DNA of 64,000 nucleotides, taken from NCBI GenBank assembly GCA_002269645.1, contig NIVC01000404.1:124001-188000 (forward strand). Reading direction: 5' to 3'. The position numbers were made by a program, and so were the translations under genes. Below are positions 11,761 through 22,170 of the stretch, piece by piece. This DNA is from Macrostomum lignano. Its lineage: Eukaryota. Within the stretch, counting starts at the first letter, position 1; the number at the start of each line of letters is the position of its first letter. The notes below the pieces were generated by a model. That model had not been told where the DNA came from, did not search any database, and saw only the letters and a program-made list of their open reading frames with translations.

Positions 11761-12934
11761 TGCCTGATACTATATAAGACACACTTTGGATAGCTAATAA
11801 GACTATGGTATGCTATAAGTTAAGGCATTAAAGAAGTTAAAAATTATTATAGTAGGCCTATTGGCGCATGACCAGGATGGGCTGGATGGCCACACACCAA
11901 GATGGCATTAGCCACAGCTCTAAATGTCTAAATAGATAAATATGCCTAGGTTTTTATATTTCATTTATTTTTTGGCAGCAATTTGTATTAGGTGTACTGT
12001 AGATATTCAAGTCTTAAGGAGATAGATACTATGATGGAATTATGTTACATGATAAAAATTCCTTTGTCTTTGCTTTTTAAGTTTAATTTATTTATAACTA
12101 GTCCTAATAATTATAGCAAAAATCAAGAATAAATTTTGTCAGATTTTTAGCTAATCTTAATATCTTAGGGCCTATGTCCCATGACTAGGCCTAGCCTAGC
12201 CTTAGACCTATAGTAGGATGTAGGTCACTAGTCACCTAGCTACTGTGTTTTTGGCCTTTTGATTATACTTAGATTGGCCTATCCAAGTTCTATTTTTAGT
12301 ATTTAATTATTAACTATAACCTTACCCAACAGACCTAGGGCCTATGCTGATTTTGCAAATTATAATAAAATTAAAAATACATTACCTTGTCTTGACTATT
12401 ATTTTTATTTTTTTCATTTCTATGCCTATGGCTATAGCAAGTCTGTTATTAGGCTAATTCTTGTAGCTAGGCTGTATACCTAGGCTGTAAGCTTGATTTG
12501 TAGGCCTCATTTTACTTTTCACTTTGTTTATATATTTTAGGTCTTTTATTTATCAAATAGATTTTTTGTTTAATTAATCAATCATGAAATTATTTGCTAG
12601 GCCCCATATATAAGATTTATCTAAAGTCTATTTAGGCCTAGGTATGGTTATAGGTAAATAAAAAAGGCTTTTTAAATAAGACACATGCAAGTGTTAGCCA
12701 ATCTAGCCAATATAAATTATCTAAGCAAATCAATTAGCAGTAACCAACAAGGAACCAAGTAAGCAAAATAGAATAGGCAAAACAAGAAGAAGCAAAATGA
12801 GAAAAACAAATGATGTACAAATGAAGTGGCATTATAGCATTGCTAATGTTCTTATTTTCAAAATTTATGACATTCAATAAACACATTCCTTTCTTTTAAA
12901 TGTTTCAGCTTAGAATAGCTGCACTAAGGTCATC

Positions 12935-14967
12935 ATGCCCAGACGCAAATCCAAGCAAGCCAAGAGAAACTATGCTGCAGCTGCTGCTGCTTCCTCAATT
13001 ACTCCGAGTCCCTTTGGAATGCCATCTTATCCTAATACCCGCTGGAATCACCGACATAGAAGTTCCAGCAGTAGCAGCAACTCAATGGAAGTGGACTCTC
13101 AGCAGATGGGATCAATTCCACAGACTCAGCCAGTCAGTGTTGATCAGGTTGAGAACAGTGCAGGTGGCTATGTATTCCAAGTGACTGACATCCAGCAGCT
13201 CAAGCGCTTCATCTGCATTGGATGCGAGTCTGGCACCTACTATGCTAGTGAGAATGAACTCACAGTTACTAACATTCTAGCGCTGCAGAACCTCATCCAA
13301 GCCGGCCAAGGACCAGAAGCTGTAGCCACTATTCGACAGTATAGTGTCGAAGGTCGAACTGCTAAACAGGATGGCATACAAATTGCTTTGGCTCTGTGTG
13401 CCCATAGCAACGATCCGGCCACTAAACGAGCGGCCTACGCTTGCCTAGACGAGGTGTGCCGCATACCAACTCACCTGTTCCAGTTTGTCGACATCGGGCA
13501 GAAGGCCTGCCAGCCTGCTGGCACAGGCTGGGGTCGGGCTCAACGCCGGGCAGTCGCTAAATGGTACCTGCAGTTTGCCGACACGCCAAAACGTCTGGCC
13601 TACATGGTGACAAAATATCGCAACAGAGGCGGCTGGACTCATCGCGATCTGCTGCGACTTTGCCACGCTAAAACTGACAAACCATTGCTTAACTGCCTAT
13701 TGCGCTACTGCGTTAAAGGTATCGAAGCTGTTCGCGATAACTGGCCTAGCGAGTCTGACTCGGCCAACGTGCTGGCCTATCTAGAGGCCATCGAACAGCT
13801 GCATAAGATGGACAACGGCGAGGAGTTTGTAGCTGCCGGGCTCATTGAAAAATTTGGCCTAGTTCGCGAGCACGTGCCCGCACCTCTGCTAGGGTCAAAG
13901 CAGGTGAGATTTTACCCCCTTATCCGCTTAACTCAAAAACTCTCCAGGCCTCTCGCCAATGTACACTCGCTCCCGACCAACCTCTTAACTCCCTAACCAT
14001 CCAAAACAAGCCTCTCCGCCAATGTACACTCGCTCCCGACCAACCCAAACCCTCCAAAACAAGTCTCTCCCAATGTACACTCGCTCCCCTTAAAATTTTA
14101 CGACCTATTTTATCGCTGACGCACTGCTATCTTATTAATAAATCTTCAACTTTACCTTTCAGGTCATGGCGGCCCTGCTCACTAACATGCCGCTGACAGC
14201 TATGCTCCGTTCCCTAGCCAAATACCTCAGCTCGGGCCTATTCACCGACAAGCCCGACCTTCTAGACACTGTTATCGAACGTATAACCAACGCCGACCTG
14301 CTGCACAAAGCAATGATTCATCCGATCAACGTTCTAGCCGCCTGGCGCATTGTTGACTCCGGTCGGGGCTTTCGCGGCGGTTTGACTTGGCAACCCGAGC
14401 CTCGACTAGTGACCGCGCTTGAGAAAGCGTTCTACCTGTCATTTAAAAATGTGAAGCCAACCGGTAAAAGAATCCTACTGGCTCTGGACGTTAGCGGCAG
14501 TATGAGTTCGCCAGCTAATCCTATTCAGTGCATCAGTTGCGCAGAAGCTGCTGCAGCTCTGGCTATGGTCACAGTTCGAATCGAACCTGCCAACACCTGC
14601 CAAGTGGTTGGTTTCTGCTCCAAACTAGTCAATTTAAACATCTGCTCTGGCTAAAACTAGCAAACGTAATTTTGGTTCAACAGACTGCGCCCAGCCGATG
14701 CTGTGGGCGCTGAAGCAACGTCGCCAATTCGATCTTTTTGCTGTCCTGACTGACAATGAGACCTACTTTGGCCGCGTGCATCCACACGAAGCTCTGGTAA
14801 AGTATAGGAATCGGATGAATCTGCCAGAAAGCCGCCTAGCCGTGATGGCAATGACGGCTAGCAAATTCAGCATTGCCGATCCCAAAGATCCCGGCATGCT
14901 CGATCTGGTCGGCTTTGACGCTTCCGTGCCGGAGATTCTGCGCGAATTCGCTCTGGGAGAATTTTGA
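12935..14967 (+). CDS. RO60: Ro60/TROVE2 RNA-binding protein. Exon 1 12935-13903, exon 2 14163-14967, with a frameshift at ~14640 (possible pseudogene or assembly error)
   Basis: TROVE motifs QVENSAGGYVF, LKRFICIGCESGTYY, TKYRNRGGWTHRDLLRLCH, REHVP. Phase-0 GT-AG intron (SKQ|VMA). vWA MIDAS motif ALDVSGSM. The C-terminus TDCAQPMLWA...VLTDNET...IADPKDPGMLDLVGFD lies in a different frame. Confidence 0.95.
13940..14090. repeat. Three degenerate repeat units inside the RO60 intron
   Basis: Core CCAATGTACACTCGCTCCC occurs three times and is related to the 48-bp satellite downstream. Confidence 0.8.
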
Positions 14968-15144
14968 TTCACTTTTATAGATTGAGCTACTCTGTCTGAC
15001 CATTAACTACTTTGTTGATTTAGAAAAGTTGAATACGCTATGCTTTGGGTGCAGTTGTATGTGTTTAATATATCCAGTTTTTAGTTTACGATCTCAACTA
15101 TTTTTTACGATTAGCTCAAATTTTTCACTTCACAGTCTTTGAGC

Positions 15145-16110
15145 ATTATCTCTCTCTCTCGCTCTCTATCCGACCAACTCCTCACCCGTCTCCGCCAATG
15201 TACATTCTCTCTCTTTCCGACCAATTCCTCGCACCGTCTCCAACAATGTACATTCTCTCTCTATTTGACCAACTCCTCACCCGTCTCCAACAATGTACAT
15301 TCTCTCTCTATCCGACTAACTCCTCAACCCCGTCTCCAACAATGTACATTCTCTCTCTCTATCCGACTAACTCCTCAACCCCGTCTTCAACAATGTACAT
15401 TCTCTCTCTATCCAACCAACTCCTCACCCGTCTCCGCCAATGTACATTCTCTCTCTCTCTTTCCGACCAATTCCTCACCCCGTCTCTACCAATGTACATT
15501 CTCTCTCTATCCGACCAATTCCTCATCCCGTCTCCGCCAATGTACATTCTCTCTCTATCCGACCAATTCCTCACCCCGTCTCCAACAATGTACATTCTCT
15601 CTCTATCCGACCAATTCCTCACCCCGTCTCCAACAATGTACATTCTCTCTCTATCCGACCAATTCCTCATCCCGTATCCGCCAATGTACATTCTCTCTCT
15701 ATCCGACCAATTCCTCACCTCGTCTCCAACATTGTACATTCTCTCTCTATCCGACCAATTCCTCACCCCGTCTCCAACAATGTACATTCTCTCTCTATCC
15801 GACCAATTCCTCACCCCGTCTCCAACAATGTACATTCTCTCTCTATCCGACCAATTCCTCACCCCGTCTCCAACAATGTACATTCTATCTCTATCCGACC
15901 AATTCCTCACCCCGTCTCCAACAATGTACATGCTCTCTCTATCCGACCAACTGCTCAACCCCGTCTCCAACAATTTACATGCTCTTTTTTCCGACCAATT
16001 CCTCACCCGGCTCTTCCAATGTACGTTCTCTCTCTATCCGACCAACTCCTCACCCCGTCTCCAACAATGTACATTCTCTCTCTATCCGACCAACTCCTCA
16101 ACCCCGTCTC
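15145..16110. repeat. 48-bp pyrimidine-rich tandem minisatellite
   Basis: Unit TCTCTCTATCCGACCAATTCCTCACCCCGTCTCCAACAATGTACATTC, about 20 copies. Confidence 0.96.
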
Positions 16111-16924
16111 GATTTGGTTCGGGTTTCAATTTTTTATTTACTTTGTTAATCACTTCAAAGAATATCCAGGCGAAAAGCTCTACTAGAGCTGCCTTAGTTA
16201 TATATTATATTTTCTTTATATTTTAAAGTTTGGTTATAAAAATCAAACATTGTGTGCCATGCGTTTTGCTATTATTTTTTCTGCTTCTAGCCTAACAGAA
16301 ACAAAAAACGATATATGTTTGTACATAAAGTTCTCTAGTGTGCTGTCTAACTCTATTAAAATTTTAATAAACGTTCTATTCAATCAAATAAATATCCTTG
16401 TTTATGCAACGTTTTTTCATCAATTTATATAAATCAGAAAATTCAAACTGCTGTTTATTAAAAGATTGAATTCATTTTATGAAGTTGTTTTCGATACATA
16501 TCGGCCAAATTAAACTAAATTATAAATCTGCAGTTAAATGGTATTTACTGAACTCTCGCTGCATGAGGAATACTTCACTTTCTACTGTGATAATCCTGAT
16601 AAGGTAAATATAAACTAATTTAATTCAATTCATATCCGACACCTTTGCTAGTTGCTTAATTCTCATTTTAAAGTTGTATTAATAAAACTATCATCATTTT
16701 GTCTTGTAGTGCGATAAAACCCAGTTTTTCCATCAAACTGTAATTTAACAGTTCCTCAAGTTCAGTTGTTGGGAAAACTAAATTTATTGACAAACTTTGT
16801 TATTTACTGGCAGACAGGCGGCCAAAAATAATCTTTGAGAAGTTAGTTTTGAAAAAAGGCTTTGGGTTATTGTGCACACTCTGGGGATGCAATGAAATCC
16901 CACCTATTAAAAAATCCCATCAAG

Positions 16925-17560
16925 CTAGTGAAATCCCACACAGTAAAATCCCACCTATTGAAATCCCACACCGTGAAATCCCACCTGTTGAAATCCCACA
17001 CAGTAAAATCCCACCTATTGAAATCCCACACCGTGAAATCCCACCTGTTGAAATCTCACTCAGTGAAATCTCACCTAATGAAATCCCTCACAGTGAAATC
17101 CCACTCGTTGGAATCCCACCTGTTGAAATCCCACCTAATGAAATCCCACACAGTAAAATCCCACCTATTAAAATCCCACACCGTGAAATCCCACCTGTTG
17201 AAATCTCACTCAGTGAAATCTCACCTAATGAAATCCCTCACAGTGAAATCCCACTCGTTGGAATCCCACCTGTTGAAATCCCACCTAATGAAATCCCACA
17301 CAGTAAAATCCCACCTATTGAAATCCCACACAGTGAAATCCCACCTAATGAAATCTCACACAGTAAAATCTCACCTAATGAAATCCCACACAGTAAAATC
17401 CCACCTATTGAAATCCCACACAGTGAAATCCCACCTAATGAAATCTCACACAGTAAAATCTCACCTAATGAAATCTCACACAGTAAAATCTCACCTATTG
17501 AAATCCCACACAGTAAAATCCCACCTATTGAAATCCCACACAGTAAAATCCCACCTAGAG
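16925..17560. repeat. 15-bp tandem minisatellite (GAAATCCCACCTATT / AAAATCCCACACAGT) with higher-order structure
   Basis: Visible periodicity; a 150-bp block recurs at 17041 and 17191. Confidence 0.95.
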
Positions 17561-17656
17561 AAATCCCAGTTAGGGAACTCGAACTCAACGGAATTCAGTA
17601 TTCAACACTGTCCTATCCTATTTTTTCATCTACATGTACGTCTACTTGTATACCAA

Positions 17657-18188
17657 ATGGCCAATCAGTCCCAGCAGCAGCTCGTCTGCCTTGACGATTT
17701 CGAGCGCTGGGCCCTGGCAACCCTGCCACGCAAGACTCTCGATTATTACCGCAGCGGCGCCAACTGCGAACGAACTTTACGCGACAATGTTAACGCATTT
17801 CAAGACTGGCTACTGATGCCGCGAATGCTGGTTGGCGTTGCTAACAGGAGCGTGGCAACTACGTTGCTAGGGCAACCGGTTTTTGCGCCGATTGGAGTTG
17901 CGCCGACTGCGATGCAGAGGCTGGCTAGTGATAGAGGCGAGCTGGATACGGCAGAGGCTGCCGCGGAGGCTGGGGTGTGCCTCACTGTCAGCACCATCGC
18001 CACTTGCAGCCTGGAGAGTGTAAGATGCGTGTGACATGTCTGTCTGTCTGTCTGTCTGCCTGTCTGTCTGCCTGTCTGTCTGTCTGCCTGTCTGTCTGTC
18101 TGTCTGTCTGTCTGACTGTCTGTCTGTCTGTCTGTCTGTCTGCCTGTCTGTCTGTCTGTCTGTCTGACTGTCTGTCTGTCTGTCTGCC

Positions 18189-18221
<33 letters not shown>

Positions 18222-18223
18222 GA

Positions 18224-18265
<42 letters not shown>

Positions 18266-20582
18266 TATAGTATCTTGTTGTCAGTGAACATTGCCCTTCC
18301 ACATACCCAACCCTCGCGCATTGACCAGATCGCCCAAGCCAACGGTCCCAGCGGTCTGCGCTGGTTCCAGCTGTACGTGTACAAAGACCGTGAGCTGACT
18401 AAGCGCATGGTGTCGCGAGTGGAACAGGCGGGCTACAAAGCACTGGTGCTGACGGTGGACACTCCGATATTCGGTCAGAGATACGCGGACGCGAGGAACG
18501 GCTTCGGGCTGCCGGGACATCTCAAGATGGCCAATTTTGAAGCGGAAGGAGGCAAAGAGGCTGAAGGCATGGGCGGCAGCGACGGTGGCAGCGACGGTGT
18601 GTCGGCTCTGACCCGCTACTCAAGCCAGCTGTTCGATACCAACCTGAGCTGGGCTGACGTTAAATGGCTGACTGAGATTTCTAAGCTGCCGGTGAGTTTT
18701 TTGCGTCAAGAGAGGCAGGAGGACTGTAGCCTCGGGCACCTGGCATGGAGCAACGCGAATCGTTAAGGTGCCCGCAACCAGTGCGCTGAGGCAATTCTGA
18801 CTCCTGAGCAGTCGTACACACGCTTGCACAGGGTGTTCAGTAGCCATAGATTTCTAATTTCCAGACATGTACACCCTCCGTGCCTTGGGGGTTGGCCCTC
18901 ATCCCGAAATGTTAAAATCCCGCAATTTCCCTAAACCCGAAATTTCCCGAACTCAAAGTTTCCAAACCGAAAATTTCCCAAGTCCGAAATTTTTTTTTCA
19001 AATCGGAAATTTCCCTAAACCCAAAATTCTTATAAATCCGAAATTTTACAGCACCGAATCTCGCACTGGTAGCATATGAGACTTAACAAACCCGAACTTT
19101 CAAAAACCCGAAATTACAAAAATTCGAAATTTCAAAAACCCGAAATTTCAAAAACCCGAAATTTCAAAAACCCGAAATTTCAAAAACCCGAAATTTCAAA
19201 AACCCGAAATTACAAAAATTCGAAATATCACAAACCCGAAATTTCACAAACCCGAAATTTTACAAACCCGAAATTTCACAAACCCGAAATTTCACAAACC
19301 CGAAATTTAAAAAACCCGAAATTTCACAAACCCGAACATTCACTCGAATGTTTACCTTATGGTCTGGTACATGGTATGTAGCTGGGGCTAAGCGTTAACG
19401 TATCATGTAAAGTCAAGAAAATAAAAGAATTAAATTTTGTTACACATTTTACAATAAGCGCCTTGCGTGTATGAAAGTAAGATACTTCAAGTATATGCAG
19501 ATAATTTAGCTATAATTATTTCTGCTTTGGCATACACAAATATTCGTCGTGTTGCTTCTTTATTTCAATTATTATCTAATATTGCTTTTGTTAAAATTTA
19601 CAAAATAACAAATCTAGCCGCACAAAACACACATCTTAAGGTGCCCGATTACCCTCGAAAAGTATAAAATTCTCTTAAATTTGAAAATTTGTGGAATTTC
19701 ATGTTTGTGAACTCTCGAATTTTTGAAATTTCGGGTAGTTAAAATTTTGGATTTTTGAAATTTCGGGTTTTTTAAATTTCGGGTTTTTTCAAATTTCGAG
19801 TTTTTGAAATTTCAGGTTTGTAAAATTTTGGGATTGTAAAATTTCAGGTTTGTGAAATTTTGGGTTTTGAAATTTTGGGTTTTGAAATTTCGGGTTTGTA
19901 AAATTTCAGGTTTGTGAAATTTCGGGTTTGTGAAATTTCCGGCTTTTGAAATTTCGGGCTTTTGAAATTTCGGTTTTTTTAATTTCGAGTTTTTGAAATT
20001 TCGGGTTTGTAAAATTTCGGGATTGTAAAATTTCAGGTTTGTGAAATTTCGGTTTTTGAAATTTCAGGTTTGTAAAATTTCAGATTTGTGGAGTTTTGGG
20101 TTTGTGAAATTTCGGGTTTGGGAAATTTCTGTCCGTAATGACCTTTTATCGACCTCGCCCCCCAGGTGATAGTAAAAGGCATCGTCCGTCCGGAGGACGC
20201 CCAATTAGCGCTCGACTCCGGCGCCTCAGCAATCTGGGTGTCGAACCACGGCGCCCGCCAATTGGACACTGTCCCGGCCAGCATCGACACGCTGCCGGCT
20301 ATTGTGTCCGCCGTGTCCGGCCGAGCCGAGATCTATCTGGACGGCGGCATTCGGACAGGTACGGACGTTTTGAAAGCGCTGGCACTCGGCGCCAGAGCGG
20401 TGTTCCTTGGCAGGCCGGTGCTGTGGGGCCTGTCCCACAGCGGCCGGTCAGGCGTCCGTCGCGTGCTGGACATTGCGATCAAGGAGCTCGACTTGGCCAT
20501 GGCGCTCAGCGGCGAGACCTGCGCGCGGACTGTTCGACCGGAACTGGTGGTGCACAGGCGCAGGATGAAGAGCAAGCTGTGA
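17657..20582 (+). CDS. HAO1: Peroxisomal FMN-dependent (S)-2-hydroxy-acid oxidase (glycolate oxidase). Exons 17657-18019, 18329-18691, 20166-20582; 380 aa
   Basis: LDDFE...[69 protein letters not shown]-terminal PTS1 SKL. Both introns are phase-0 GT-AG and restore collinearity. HAO1 versus HAO2 cannot be resolved by eye. Confidence 0.95.
18038..18265. repeat. (TGTC)n microsatellite in HAO intron 1
   Basis: Directly visible. Confidence 0.97.
18866..18901 (-). mobile_element. Short fragment of the SINE family found at 3596 and 51767
   Basis: CATGTACAC...GTGCCTTGGGGGTTGGCCCTCA matches the 51767-51985 copy. Confidence 0.6.
18910..20130. mobile_element. Foldback-type element in HAO intron 2: inverted arrays of a 15-bp unit around an AT-rich spacer
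   Basis: Left arm (AAACCCGAAATTTCA)n at ~18910-19336; right arm is its reverse complement (TGAAATTTCGGGTTT)n at ~19690-20130. Confidence 0.8.
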
Positions 20583-20607
20583 GCAACCGCCTCTCTTCCC
20601 TAGACAT

Positions 20608-21140
20608 TTGGGGGAATGTGACATTTTGGTGGAATGTGACATTTTGGTGGAATGTGACATTTTGGTGGAATGTGACATTTTGGTGGAATGTGACATTTTG
20701 GTGGAATGTGACATTTTGGTGGAATGTGACATTTGGATGGAATGTGACATTTTGGTGGAATGTGACATTTTGGGGGAATGTGACATTTTGGTGGAATGTG
20801 ACATTTGGATGGAATGTGACATTTTGGTGGAATGTGACATTTTGGTGGAATGTGACATTTTGGTGGAATGTGACATTTTGGGGGAATGTGACATTTTGGT
20901 GGAATGTGACATTTGGATGGAATGTGACATTTTGGTGGAATGTGACATTTGGATGGAATGTGACATTTTGGTGGAATATGACATTTGGATGGAATGTGAC
21001 ATTTGGATGCAATGTGACATTGTGGGGAATGTAAAGTTATAAGGAATGTGACGTTATGGGAAATGTGACATTGTGGGGAATGTGACATTGTGGGGAATGT
21101 GAAGTTATAAGGAATGTGACGTTATGGGAAATGTGACACT
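20608..21140. repeat. 18-bp tandem minisatellite (GGAATGTGACATTTTGGT) immediately 3' of HAO
   Basis: Visible periodicity. Confidence 0.96.
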
Positions 21141-21587
21141 TTTGGATCGGGATATTCAGGGATTGGGAACTTTTTGAAACGAACGAGAGTCAAGTCAGTT
21201 CGATAGATTTAGCCCTAGCCAATTTATAATTTGTTATAATTTTTTCATTTTAAAGTTGATTTTTTGCCATTTTTTAAATTGATTTATAGCAATCTTGCAA
21301 AATTTATGAAGCAGAGGCTGATAATAATTTCTATAATTTTTAGAAAGTTAGACAGCAGGTCACCTTGTTTTGGCAATAATAAACAATTGTATGCAACAGC
21401 ATAGTTATCATTATCATCAATAAATAATATTTAATAGTTTAGTTATTCAATAACTGAATGTTTATTTCGCTTGTTTAATCGTGCTTAAACAAAAAAGCCA
21501 CTATTTAACTGGGTTAAAAGCATACCTTAGCTATAACATTGTTTTAAGCAGGTTTTTTGTAATTAATGTTTTGGAGGAGTCCCTGAG

Positions 21588-22065
21588 GACATCACCCCAA
21601 GGACAGCACCCCGAGGACATCACCCCACATGGACAGCACCCCATATGGACAGCAACCCATATGGACAGCACCTTATACGTATGGACACCACCCCACATGT
21701 GGGATCAGCACCCCACATGGACAACACCCCATATTGATAGCTTCACATATGGACAGCTTCCCATATGGACAGCACCCCACATGGACAACACCCCATATTG
21801 ATAGCTTCACATATGGGCAGCTTCCCACATGGACATCACCCCAAATGGACAGCATCCCACATGGACATCACCCCACATGGACAGCACCCCATATGGACAG
21901 CACCCCACATGGACATCACCCCAAATGGACAGCACCCCACATGGACAGCACCCATATGGACAGCACCCCATACCCCATATGGACAGCACCCCATATGGAC
22001 AGCACCCCACATGGACAGCACCCCACCTGAACATTACCCCACCTGAACATCACCCCCAAGGACAG
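21588..22065. repeat. 16-bp tandem minisatellite (ATGGACAGCACCCCAT)
   Basis: Visible periodicity, degenerate. Confidence 0.92.
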
Positions 22066-22170
22066 CTCACAGTGTAGCGCTCCTCTCCCAGAGCAATTTA
22101 ACAACCCAAACCCAAAGCGAATGGAGAGAGTTACAGAGAGGCAGTACACACTGCAGCGGACGGGATCAAC

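Noticed and set aside
11760-12900. RIP-like CpA-to-TpA hypermutation suggested by abundant TAG/CTA/TAGGCCTA
   Set aside because: Copy-to-copy differences in this window are CpG transitions, and TAGGCCTA-rich DNA is common in invertebrate genomes; ordinary CpG decay is sufficient.
14630-14700. A micro-intron or programmed frameshift explaining the RO60 break
   Set aside because: Residues are missing rather than extra, so there is nothing to splice out, and no slippery heptamer is present.
10500-16900. A Y RNA or stem-bulge RNA gene near RO60
   Set aside because: I looked for a GGCUGGUCCGA-type 5' stem with a complementary 3' stem and oligo-T terminator and found none by eye; a covariance-model search would be needed to exclude a divergent one.
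16862-17656. Repeat-encoded N-terminal extension of HAO
   Set aside because: Homology begins at the ATG at 17657; the upstream frame is open only through the 15-bp array.
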